Shown here piece by piece: positions 9,055 to 17,915 of a stretch of DNA of 64,000 nt. Position 1 is the first letter of the stretch. Each line of letters begins with the position of its first letter. A program made the translations under genes and the position numbers. The notes under the pieces are model-generated. The model was not told where the DNA came from. It saw only the letters and a list, made by a program, of their open reading frames with translations, and did not search any database. Origin of the DNA: Spirochaetota bacterium (lineage in GTDB: Bacteria > Spirochaetota > UBA12135 > COTS27 > CBDBHE01); assembly GCA_965205605.1 (NCBI GenBank), contig CBDBHE010000007.1, forward strand, positions 448,001 to 512,000, given 5' to 3'.

Positions 9055-10632
9055 CTAAATTAATTTAAGTATTTTTTCTCCTATTTGTTTAATAAAAGAT
9101 GCTAGCTTCGGGCCATCGTTTCGATTAATAAGAATTTGATAAAAAAATTTAAAAAAAATTTTACTTTCTAAAGAATGTTTTTTAATCATTTCATAAAGAA
9201 ATTTCGAAATTTCTTTTTCATTTACTTCACCTCCTCCATTTTCTATCCATCCTCTTACCTCTTTTAAAGCTTTTATATATTCCTTTGAAGCTTTAAGTCC
9301 ACTCACCTCTCTTTTTTCTTTATTTAATTTAAAAAGAAACTCCTTAGGTGCATATTTTTCAATCCAATTTAATGCACACTCAAAACGCTCTTTTAAAAAA
9401 ACTAAATCACTTTCTTGTTTTAATTCCTTTTTATAATAATTTAAAACACTATTCCACTCTCCCTCATTAATTTGAATAATATTACATAAATGACGAAACG
9501 AAGCTCTAAAAGGAATTTTTTCTTTCCTCTCCTCTAAACAAGAAAGCTCATAAATCCTCTTAATCTTCCCATACAATTTTTCAGAAACAACTTCTTTGCC
9601 ATAATATTTTTTCTCCATTCGATCAAAATCTTCATATATTTTCAAAACATCCAAATCAAAACTAATCGCAAATTCCACATTCGCTCTATAAGAGGCAAAC
9701 AAATACCTTAAAACCTGTCCCTCATACACCTCCAAAGATTCCTCAACTGTCACCACTTCTCCCTTACTCGAAGAAATCTTCCCCCCCCTCCCTTTAATCC
9801 TCACAAAGTCATACATCAAATAAACAGGTGCTTCATACCCAAACACTTTTCTAGCAATCTCTTTGGCCGTATCATACGATCCTCCCTCAGATGAATGGTC
9901 CTTACCCCCAGACTCAAAATCAACCCCCCACCGTTTCCATCTCATCGGCCAGTCCACTCTCCAAAGTAGTTTTATCCCCTTTTGCTTCTCATTTACTCCC
10001 TTATTTGTATATCCACATTCCTTACATTTAATTTCAATCTCCCCTTCCCTTGCCCCTAATCTAATTTTCACTTCATTCCTCAAACATTTCTCACAAAAAA
10101 TACTCACCGGCACCCAATCTTTACCCAAAGGCTCTCGTCGATATTGATTCAATATCCCCGTTATTTCCTTTCGTTTTGAAAGTGCTTGCTTAATTTCTTT
10201 AACATAAAAATTATTTTTATATTTCTCATACTGATACACAAACGTCGGCTTAATATCCAGCTTTAAAATCACCTCTTCCATTTTTTTCTCATGATACCTA
10301 GCATACGACTTCTCTTCTTCAAAAACATCCGGCACTTCACAGATCGGCTTGCCCAAATGACTTTTTAATAATTCTTGCTTTGGCATGTTTAAAGGCACTT
10401 TTCGAAACACATCATAATCATCCCAAAAAAATAAAAAACGTACCTTCTCGCCCATGTCCTCTAACGCTCTTCTAACAAAGTCAACCGTTACCAATTCTCT
10501 AAAATTTCCAATATGAACCGTCCCAGATGGCGTAATCCCACTGGCTAAAACATAAACTTCTTTCTTCCCTTTTTGCTTTACAATACGCTGGGCAATCTCA
10601 TCTGCCCAATGACTCTTTTTTTGATTTTTCAT
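9055..10632 (-). CDS. lysS: Lysine--tRNA ligase, class I
   Basis: GITPSGTVHIGN (HIGH-like), WRVDWPMRW, GGKDH, KISSSKG (KMSKS-like). Confidence 0.96.
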   Translation of the reverse strand: MKNQKKSHWADEIAQRIVKQKGKKEVYVLASGITPSGTVHIGNFRELVTVDFVRRALEDMGEKVRFLFFWDDYDVFRKVPLNMPKQELLKSHLGKPICEVPDVFEEEKSYARYHEKKMEEVILKLDIKPTFVYQYEKYKNNFYVKEIKQALSKRKEITGILNQYRREPLGKDWVPVSIFCEKCLRNEVKIRLGAREGEIEIKCKECGYTNKGVNEKQKGIKLLWRVDWPMRWKRWGVDFESGGKDHSSEGGSYDTAKEIARKVFGYEAPVYLMYDFVRIKGRGGKISSSKGEVVTVEESLEVYEGQVLRYLFASYRANVEFAISFDLDVLKIYEDFDRMEKKYYGKEVVSEKLYGKIKRIYELSCLEERKEKIPFRASFRHLCNIIQINEGEWNSVLNYYKKELKQESDLVFLKERFECALNWIEKYAPKEFLFKLNKEKREVSGLKASKEYIKALKEVRGWIENGGGEVNEKEISKFLYEMIKKHSLESKIFFKFFYQILINRNDGPKLASFIKQIGEKILKLI

Positions 10633-10678
10633 TCCCCAATCTCTTTTATCGTTAATTAGTTAAAATGATACCATCACT

Positions 10679-10725
10679 TAAAATAAACAAATTTAAATAA
10701 ACATTAAATAAGCATTAAGTAAATA
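10679..10725. repeat. Degenerate 11-bp direct repeats in the AT-rich lysS-rnj intergenic region
   Basis: TAAAATAAACA (10679), TTAAATAAACA (10693), TTAAATAAGCA (10704), TTAAGTAAATA (10715). Confidence 0.5.
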
Positions 10726-10905
10726 TTTGATTACTTTTATAAAAATTTTTCATAAAAATGAAAATTATTTAAATAAAAAAAAGAGTATTATGATTAAATC
10801 ACTATTAAACACAATGATTTTTTTATTTAAATTTTATTTAACACCTAAATATTCTTATGCTGGTAAATAAAAACCATTACTTAAAAAAAAACACTTATAT
10901 TATTA

Positions 10906-12543
10906 ATGTTTAAAAATAAAAATAAAATACAAATTCTTCCTTTAGGTGGTTTAGAAGAAATTGGCAAAAACATGCTTCTTATTAATTATAAAGATGAAAT
11001 CATTCTCATCGACGCTGGATTAAAGTTTCCCGATGAAAAAGGCTATGGAATCAATTATGTTTTAAACGATCCCACTTATCTTATTGCCAACAAAAAAAAA
11101 ATAAAAGCTCTTTTGATCACCCATGGTCATCTCGATCATATTGGAGGGATTCCTTTCTTACTTTCCAAGATTAAACTACCCATTTATGCCCATGGTTTTA
11201 CAAAAGCGATGATCCGAAAGACAATTGAAAAAACTTCCCATAAAAATAATTTTAAAATAATTTCTTTTGAAACCAACCAGTCTTTTAAAATTGGTAATCA
11301 CTTCTCGATTGAAGCCATCAAAGTTGACCACAGTATCATTGATGCTGTTTCCTTTGCCATCACTACCGAAGCCGGCACAATTATTCATACAGGTGACTAC
11401 AAAATAGAAAATAACACTAATAAAACAGATTTAGATCGTTTTAAACATTATGGTAAAAAAGGAGTTCTCGCTCTTTTAATGGATTCCACCAATGCCAATG
11501 TAGAAAAACAAGAAGGAACCGAATCCGTTGTTTACAACAATTTAGAAAAAATTATTACGAGTGCCAAAGGAAAAACCCTCATTGGTACTTTTTCAACTCA
11601 AATTAGGAGAATTGAAGCCATTCTAAATATTGCCAAAAAGTTGAATAAAAAAGTTGTCCTCAGTGGTCGTTCTATTTTAGAAAACGTCGATCTTGCTTTT
11701 GGGATGAATTACCTAAGTCAATACGAAAAACAAATCATTGACTTTAAAAGCATGAACAATTACTCTAGCCAAAACATTATTATCATTCTTACAGGCACTC
11801 AAGGGGAAGAGCAAAGTGCTCTTTATAAAATTGCTTATAATTATCATAACAATATTAAACTACAAGGTAACGAAACTATTATTTTCTCTTCATCTGTAAT
11901 CCCTGGAAACGAAGCTCCAATTTATAAAATCATTAATCTTCTTCAAAAAAAAGGGGTTGACTTGATCACCAATGAAAATTTCCTCGTGCACACTTCTGGT
12001 CATGCCAGTCAAGAAGAAATGAAAATTCTCCTTTCAAAAATTAAACCCAAATACCTCATCCCCGTTCATGGAGAATATCGACATTTATGTTCTCAACAAC
12101 AATTAGCTCTAAAAAGTGGAATTAAAGAAGAAGAAATTTTCCTTCTTGAAAACGGAAAAAAAATCGAGATTAGTTATCATTCTGGTATTCGTTTAGTCGA
12201 ACAAATAAAAGCAAAAGAAATTTATATTGATAGTGATTCATTACAAGAGATTAATTTTAAAAACCTTGAAGAAAGAAAACACCTCTCAAGGGTAGGTTTT
12301 TTGTCGATTGCATTTCATCCTCATAATTTTGAAGAAACGACGATTGATTTTATGGGTTTTTATACTAGAGAAAAAAAAGAACTTCTTCTTAAAGAAATTA
12401 AATATTTTCTTAAGAAAGAAATTTCAAACCAAATATCTAAAGATAAAAACCAACTTAAGAAAAAAATTAAAAACAGTTTGAAAAATTTTTTTGATTTAAA
12501 GAAAATAAAAACACCTATTTTTTCGATTCATTTAATTTTTTAA
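10906..12543 (+). CDS. rnj: Ribonuclease J
   Basis: LGGLEEIGKNM, THGHLDHIGG, HTGDYK, DSTNA, HTSGHA, PVHGE. Confidence 0.95.
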   Translation: MFKNKNKIQILPLGGLEEIGKNMLLINYKDEIILIDAGLKFPDEKGYGINYVLNDPTYLIANKKKIKALLITHGHLDHIGGIPFLLSKIKLPIYAHGFTKAMIRKTIEKTSHKNNFKIISFETNQSFKIGNHFSIEAIKVDHSIIDAVSFAITTEAGTIIHTGDYKIENNTNKTDLDRFKHYGKKGVLALLMDSTNANVEKQEGTESVVYNNLEKIITSAKGKTLIGTFSTQIRRIEAILNIAKKLNKKVVLSGRSILENVDLAFGMNYLSQYEKQIIDFKSMNNYSSQNIIIILTGTQGEEQSALYKIAYNYHNNIKLQGNETIIFSSSVIPGNEAPIYKIINLLQKKGVDLITNENFLVHTSGHASQEEMKILLSKIKPKYLIPVHGEYRHLCSQQQLALKSGIKEEEIFLLENGKKIEISYHSGIRLVEQIKAKEIYIDSDSLQEINFKNLEERKHLSRVGFLSIAFHPHNFEETTIDFMGFYTREKKELLLKEIKYFLKKEISNQISKDKNQLKKKIKNSLKNFFDLKKIKTPIFSIHLIF

Positions 12544-12566
12544 TAAATCTTACTTAGATTTTATCG

Positions 12567-12588
12567 TAATGTTCCACGTGGAACATTA
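12567..12588. promoter_or_regulatory. parS centromere-like site (ParB binding)
   Basis: Core TGTTCCACGTGGAACA (12570-12585) matches the bacterial parS consensus, inside a perfect 22-bp palindrome; parA/parB are 12 kb away. Confidence 0.9.
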
Positions 12589-12589
12589 T

Positions 12590-13420
12590 CTAAATATTTT
12601 TTAATTTTTTAACTTCTTTACTGAGTATTTTCATTCGAATACGAGTGATGCTATTTCTTCTTTTAGATAAAATTTTAAATTGAATATTTTTATAATGAAT
12701 AACTTGATTCACTTTTGGGATATAGCCTTCTTGGCCGATAACAAATCCACCGATGGTGTCCCCATTATCTTTTTTTAAATTGAGGTTAAATTGTTTGTTA
12801 ATATCTTCTAGATTCGTTCTAGCATCGATAGAGTAAGTGTTAATAGAGAGGGTTCTTATTTCCTCTTGTTCAGAATCAAATTCGTCTTGTACATCGCCTA
12901 TAATCTCTTCTAGGATGTCTTCCATGGTGACGATTCCTGAAAAACCACCGTATTCATCAACAATGATGGCCATATGGATTTTATTTTTTTGAAGATCTTT
13001 TAGGATATCGATAATCTTTCTAGATTCAGGTGAATAAAAGGGAATGGAGAGATATTTACTGAGATCGATTTTTCGGTTATTATTGGTTGTTAAGATGATT
13101 TTAAAGATATCTTTAATATGAATAATTCCTTTAATGTTATCGATATTTTCACTGTAGATAGGAATTCGGGAAAAATTTTTAGATTTGAGATGGAGTTCGA
13201 GTTCAGATTTTCGACATTGAGTATTAAAGGCAGCGACATCGATTCGAGGGATCATAATATCTCTTGCTAGGATAGTGTTGATATTCATAATGGATTCGAT
13301 GAGGGTGTGTTCATAAGGAGAAAAAGAAGATTTTTTAATTTTTTTTAAAATTTTTTCTTTTTGTTTTTGAAGGATTTTTTCTTGATTTTGAGGAAAAAGA
13401 AATTTAGACCATTGCATCAA
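12590..13420 (-). CDS. HlyC/CorC family CBS-domain protein
   Basis: DIMIPR, FSRIPIY, IVDEYGG.SGIVTMEDILEEIIG, C-terminal CorC domain. Confidence 0.9.
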   Translation of the reverse strand: MMQWSKFLFPQNQEKILQKQKEKILKKIKKSSFSPYEHTLIESIMNINTILARDIMIPRIDVAAFNTQCRKSELELHLKSKNFSRIPIYSENIDNIKGIIHIKDIFKIILTTNNNRKIDLSKYLSIPFYSPESRKIIDILKDLQKNKIHMAIIVDEYGGFSGIVTMEDILEEIIGDVQDEFDSEQEEIRTLSINTYSIDARTNLEDINKQFNLNLKKDNGDTIGGFVIGQEGYIPKVNQVIHYKNIQFKILSKRRNSITRIRMKILSKEVKKLKNI

Positions 13421-13865
13421 ATAAGCTCCAATTTAGTTTAATTTTATTTAAAATAATTTCTTGTTGTTGATAAATTTTTTCTAGTGACTTTTTTTTATAG
13501 TCGTGTCTTAAACCGTAAAGATGTAAAATTCCGTGAAGAATTGTTTCATAAATTAAAAAAGGAATGGTTTTTTTGTAGAGAGGAGCTTGTTTTAAGACAA
13601 CGTCTAAGCAAATAGCGATATCACCTGAGGGTTGGTTATTGAGCTTGGGTTGATCTGGAAATGAGAGGACATCGGTTACGTTATTTTTTTTAGTGAATTG
13701 GTGATGGAGGGTTTGCATTGTTTTAGAAGGTAAGAAAGCGATGTTAACCCAAAGAAGTTTTGATTGATAAGTTTTATTTAAAAAAGAAATCATTTTTTTA
13801 ACTTCTTTTTTAAGTTTTTTATGAGAGAAAAGATAGTGAGTTTGATTGATAATTTTTAGAGTCAA
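13404..13865 (-). CDS. ybeY: rRNA maturation endoribonuclease YbeY
   Basis: TDVLSFP, GDIAIC, HGILHLYGLRH. Confidence 0.92.
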   Translation of the reverse strand: MTLKIINQTHYLFSHKKLKKEVKKMISFLNKTYQSKLLWVNIAFLPSKTMQTLHHQFTKKNNVTDVLSFPDQPKLNNQPSGDIAICLDVVLKQAPLYKKTIPFLIYETILHGILHLYGLRHDYKKKSLEKIYQQQEIILNKIKLNWSLFDAMV

Positions 13866-13874
13866 GGGATTATG

Positions 13875-15659
13875 TTAATTATTTTTAAATTTTGGGAAGG
13901 AGATACCGAGCTCGAGGAGTTGATTATCGGTTGGTTTGGAAGGAGTTTCACTCATTAGGCAATGACCTTTTTGGGTTTTTGGGAAAGCAATCACATCTCT
14001 AATAGAAGAGGTTTCTTGCATGATGGCGATGATTCGATCGAGGCCAAAGGCGATACCTCCGTGGGGAGGGGTGCCGTAATTGAGAGCGTTTAGAAAAAAG
14101 CCGAATTTTTCTTTAATATCTTTATCTGAGAGATTGAGTAGGGAAAAGATTTTTTTTTGGAGATTACTATCGTGGATCCGAATGCTACCCCCACCGAGTT
14201 CTATTCCATTTAAAACTAGGTCGTAAGCTTGCGATTTAACAGAAGCGGGATTGGTTTCTAAAAGGGGGATATCGTTTTCTTGTGGCATTGTAAAAGGATG
14301 ATGAAATGAGTCCCATTTTTTTTCTTTTTCGTTATAGGTTAGGAGAGGAAAATCGGTGATCCAGAGGAAATTAAGTTTTTTTGAGTTGATGAGGTCAAGT
14401 TTTTTTGCGATTTGCAGTCGTAAGTTTGCTAGGGCGTCGTAGACGATAGGGGCTTTATCAGAGATAAAAAAGAGGATATCTCCGTTTTCAGCTTTGGAGA
14501 GGGTGATGAGGGCATTTAGCATAGATGGGGTAAAAAATTTGGTGATGTTGGACTGGAGCTTATTGTCTTGGACTTTCATCCAAGCAAGTCCTTTAGCTCC
14601 GAATTTAGAAACGAATGTGGTCAAGTCATCGATATGTTTTCGAGAGAGTTTTGTACTTGCTTGTTTAACGCAAATCATTCTAACGATGCCGCTATTGCTT
14701 AAATTTGTTTTAAAGACTTTGAAGCCACATTCTTTAATAATGGGTTGTGGGTTAAGGAGATGCATTTCAAAGCGAGTGTCGGGGCGATCGGTGCCGTAGA
14801 GCTTGATAGCGGTTTGGTAAGTCATTTTTTCAATGATAAGAGAAGGAGAAATTTGATGAAGGAAGGTTTTTTGAAGAGCGTTTAGGAAGATTGTTTCGAC
14901 GAGATTTAGGATTTCATCTTGTTGCATAAAGGAGATTTCGAGATCGATTTGGGTGAATTCGGGCTGACGATCGGCTCTTAAATCTTCATCTCGGAAGCAT
15001 TTGGCGATTTGGTAATATCTTTCTAGACCACTTACCATGAGGAGTTGTTTAAAAATCTGAGGAGACTGAGGGAGGGCGTAGAAGTCTTGTGGATTGAGGC
15101 GAGAGGGGACGATAAAATCTCTAGCTCCTTCAGGGGTGGTTTTGTTTAAAATGGGGGTTTCGATTTCGATGAAAGAGTTATCGTCAAAAGCTTGTCGAAT
15201 GGCTTTTAGAAAAGCGTGTCTTTTTAAAAGGTTTTGTCTGACTTTATTTCTTCTTAAATCTAAGAATCGATATTTTAATCGAATATCTTCGTTAATTTTT
15301 TCTTCACTATCGATGGGGAAGACAGGGCTGAGGCTTTTAGATAAAATTGTAAGTTGGTGGACTTCAAGCTCGACTTCACCGGTTTTAATGGCTGTATTAA
15401 TATTTTCTTTAGTCCTTTCGATGACGTTTCCTTTGACTTTGATGACAAACTCTGATCGAAGAGATTGAGCGTCTAAGTGAGCTTTTTTAGAAACTTCAGG
15501 GCGAAAGACGACTTGGCAATTACCAGAGCGATCTCGCAAGTCGATAAAAATCACTCCTCCATGATCTCGCCTTCGGTGAACCCAACCTGAGAGAGTGATT
15601 TCTTGCTTAATTTGTTTGAGGCTAAGGTCAATATTGTTGATTGTTTTGTAGGTGCTCAA
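13875..15659 (-). CDS. aspS: Aspartate--tRNA ligase
   Basis: GWVHRRRDHGG, ALPQSPQIFKQ, CFRDEDLRADRQPEFTQ, GIAFGLDR. Confidence 0.97.
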   Translation of the reverse strand: MSTYKTINNIDLSLKQIKQEITLSGWVHRRRDHGGVIFIDLRDRSGNCQVVFRPEVSKKAHLDAQSLRSEFVIKVKGNVIERTKENINTAIKTGEVELEVHQLTILSKSLSPVFPIDSEEKINEDIRLKYRFLDLRRNKVRQNLLKRHAFLKAIRQAFDDNSFIEIETPILNKTTPEGARDFIVPSRLNPQDFYALPQSPQIFKQLLMVSGLERYYQIAKCFRDEDLRADRQPEFTQIDLEISFMQQDEILNLVETIFLNALQKTFLHQISPSLIIEKMTYQTAIKLYGTDRPDTRFEMHLLNPQPIIKECGFKVFKTNLSNSGIVRMICVKQASTKLSRKHIDDLTTFVSKFGAKGLAWMKVQDNKLQSNITKFFTPSMLNALITLSKAENGDILFFISDKAPIVYDALANLRLQIAKKLDLINSKKLNFLWITDFPLLTYNEKEKKWDSFHHPFTMPQENDIPLLETNPASVKSQAYDLVLNGIELGGGSIRIHDSNLQKKIFSLLNLSDKDIKEKFGFFLNALNYGTPPHGGIAFGLDRIIAIMQETSSIRDVIAFPKTQKGHCLMSETPSKPTDNQLLELGISFPKFKNN

Positions 15660-15763
15660 AGTAATTTCCTGTAAAAAAAATGAAAGGCTGATTATACTAT
15701 TAAATAAAAAGTCTTTTTTTCTTTTGAAAAAGAAATTTTTGAAAAGAACAAGAGGAGGTTGGG

Positions 15764-17089
15764 TTAAGTTTTAGAGAGAATATTTTGAATGGTTTTTTCT
15801 AGGGGGCCATTGCTTTTGAATTCTTTTTTAATTTTGCTGGAACCGATAGAAACAGCGGAAGGAGTTTTCCCTCCTAAGTGATTACCAATTTCTGTGATTG
15901 AGAGGTCGGTGTACTCTCTGAGTAAATACATGCTGATTTGTCTGTAGCGGGAAATGTATCTGGAGCGAACTTTAGATTTAAGTTGAGAGAGGGAAATATT
16001 GGCATAATTTGCGAGAGCGAGAATGATACGCTCTGGAGAATATTTTCTTTTTTGGTTTTTATTATATAGCTGTTTGATATTATTGAGGCAAAAGTCTTCG
16101 GTGATGTCTTCTTGATAAATGTCTTTAAAAACAGAAAGGGTGTTGATAGCACCAATAATTTTTCTAATATCGGAGGGTAAATTTTCAGCCAAAAAAGAAA
16201 GAATGTCTTCGCTTAGGAGGAGTTGATTTTCACGAGCGATAAAGCGAATAATTTTTTTTTTATCTTCTGTATCACAAAGTTTAATTTCGATAATAGCGCT
16301 ACTAGAGAGGCGACTTTTAAGTCTTTCGTCTATATTTTGAAGATCGTTGGGTTCACGGTCACTACAAAAAACCATTTGTTTTTTTGAAGAGGTGATGGTA
16401 TTGAAGATATGAAAAAACTCAAGGCAACTTTTTTCTTTTCCAATAAAAAACTGAATATCATCAATGAGTAAAACATCCAAAGATTTATATTTAACCCTAA
16501 AGTCTCGGTCAGTGCCAAGAGAAATAGCTCTTGTAAACTCGCTAACAAATTCATTGGGATTAATGTAGGAGACTTTAAGAAAAGGAAAATGGGTTTGATA
16601 ATAATTACCAATTGCTTGGATTAAGTGTGTTTTGCCAGTCCCAATAGGCCCATAAAAATAAAGTGGGTTGGTAGCTCCTATTTTTTGAATGATTTTTTGA
16701 GCAAAATCGTAAGCGATTTTATTGACTTTTGTGATGACAAAACGATCAAAGGTATGATCTTTTTTTAAAGAGGTGTTTTGAAAAGAAGAAGAAGAAAAAG
16801 ATAGAGGAGGGTTGGAAGGAGAGGAGGGCTCATTGTTTGTGACAATTTTTAAGCTTAGTTTGGGGTGATGGCTTTTGAGGTGAGCTTCTATTTGTTTTAA
16901 GTAATTTTTATTAATTTTTTCTTTTTTAAGCTCGCTATTTGTTTTTAAGAAAATTACCCATTGATCATTTTTTTCATAAGCTAAGTCATCAAACCAAGTT
17001 TTTTTTTCGTGAGAAGAAAGAGACTGTTTGAATTGATGATAAACGTTTTTAAAAATAGAGGGGATGTCTAGATGGGTCATTAAAAACAA
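15764..17089 (-). CDS. dnaA: Chromosomal replication initiator DnaA (divergent domain IV)
   Basis: TFDRFV, NPLYFYGPIGTGKTHL (Walker A), LLIDDIQF (Walker B), RLKSR, RQISMYL; divergent from rpmH. Confidence 0.93.
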   Translation of the reverse strand: MFLMTHLDIPSIFKNVYHQFKQSLSSHEKKTWFDDLAYEKNDQWVIFLKTNSELKKEKINKNYLKQIEAHLKSHHPKLSLKIVTNNEPSSPSNPPLSFSSSSFQNTSLKKDHTFDRFVITKVNKIAYDFAQKIIQKIGATNPLYFYGPIGTGKTHLIQAIGNYYQTHFPFLKVSYINPNEFVSEFTRAISLGTDRDFRVKYKSLDVLLIDDIQFFIGKEKSCLEFFHIFNTITSSKKQMVFCSDREPNDLQNIDERLKSRLSSSAIIEIKLCDTEDKKKIIRFIARENQLLLSEDILSFLAENLPSDIRKIIGAINTLSVFKDIYQEDITEDFCLNNIKQLYNKNQKRKYSPERIILALANYANISLSQLKSKVRSRYISRYRQISMYLLREYTDLSITEIGNHLGGKTPSAVSIGSSKIKKEFKSNGPLEKTIQNILSKT

Positions 17090-17124
17090 ACACTCCTTTT
17101 TGTTTTTTTATAATATAACGGTAA

Positions 17125-17138
17125 GACTTTTAAAAGTC
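17125..17138. promoter_or_regulatory. 14-bp palindrome overlapping the putative dnaA promoter
   Basis: GACTTTTAAAAGTC; minus strand reads ATGACT-17 bp-TATATT upstream of an AAGGAG SD. Confidence 0.4.
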
Positions 17139-17328
17139 ATGGGGTAAATTTTAGCACTTTTTTAATCAATAAATGAGCTAAAAGGGAAGAAATTATACTA
17201 ATGAGAAAAAAGAAAAAACAATGGAGAAAAAATAATAGTTTGAGCATTTATTTATTTGAAAATTTAGGTATTTTCTTTTAATTAAAAAAAAACCTCTAAA
17301 AGTTGTTTTTTTAGGGATTTTTTTTTAA

Positions 17329-17358
17329 TTGACATGGAAGTTTTTTAAATGCTAAAAT
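17329..17358 (+). promoter_or_regulatory. sigma70 promoter of the rpmH operon
   Basis: TTGACA (17329-17334), 18 bp, extended -10 TGcTAAAAT (17353-17358). Confidence 0.65.
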
Positions 17359-17387
17359 GAATTTTTTTAAATGGAACCCTTGTTAAA

Positions 17388-17531
17388 GTGAAGCGAACAT
17401 ATCAACCAAGTAAAATTAAAAGAAATCGGAAGTGTGGTTTTAGAAAAAGAATCAGTACTTTAGGTGGGAAAAATATTTTAAAGAGAAGACGGAAGAAAGG
17501 AAAAGAACGACTTTCTTCTTCAGATGAGTAA
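17388..17531 (+). CDS. rpmH: 50S ribosomal protein L34 (missing from the ORF track)
   Basis: GTG start; [47 protein letters not shown]. Confidence 0.95.
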   Translation: MKRTYQPSKIKRNRKCGFRKRISTLGGKNILKRRRKKGKERLSSSDE

Positions 17532-17832
17532 AAAAAAATTTTCTTTAAAAGAGTATTCGCTTCTTGTTAAGGAAGGAAAACGGCTTATTAATCGAGATTT
17601 AGTGATTTTTTATAAGGAAAGTAACAAAACGATTATTAAGGTTTCAGCTAAAAAAAAAGTGGGCAAGGCTTTTAAAAGAAACTATTTTAAAAGAGTCTTA
17701 AGAGATATTTTAAATAAGATTACTTATAAGCAATCTTATTTTGTTTTAGTGATTTGTCGAAATCCCATATCGTTGGGTTATTTTGATTTTAAAAAAAAAA
17801 TACGGGTATTTGTTAGAGAGCTTCTTTATTAG
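17524..17832 (+). CDS. rnpA: Ribonuclease P protein component
   Basis: [17 protein letters not shown] (RNR motif); lies between rpmH and yidC. Confidence 0.88.
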   Translation: MSKKKFSLKEYSLLVKEGKRLINRDLVIFYKESNKTIIKVSAKKKVGKAFKRNYFKRVLRDILNKITYKQSYFVLVICRNPISLGYFDFKKKIRVFVRELLY

Positions 17833-17915
17833 GAGTAAGGTTTTTCCTTACACTTTTTTTAAGTAAATTAAAAAATAAGGAAGACTCTAAATTGTTTTAT
17901 TTTAGGGGTCTATAA

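Noticed and set aside
10009-10017. ATATCCACA near-DnaA box (also TTATCCACT near 45678)
   Set aside because: Isolated single-mismatch hits inside coding regions, expected by chance
17090-17387. dnaA-rpmH gap as a classical oriC
   Set aside because: No TTATNCACA boxes or GAT trios seen, and the + strand is G-rich on both sides
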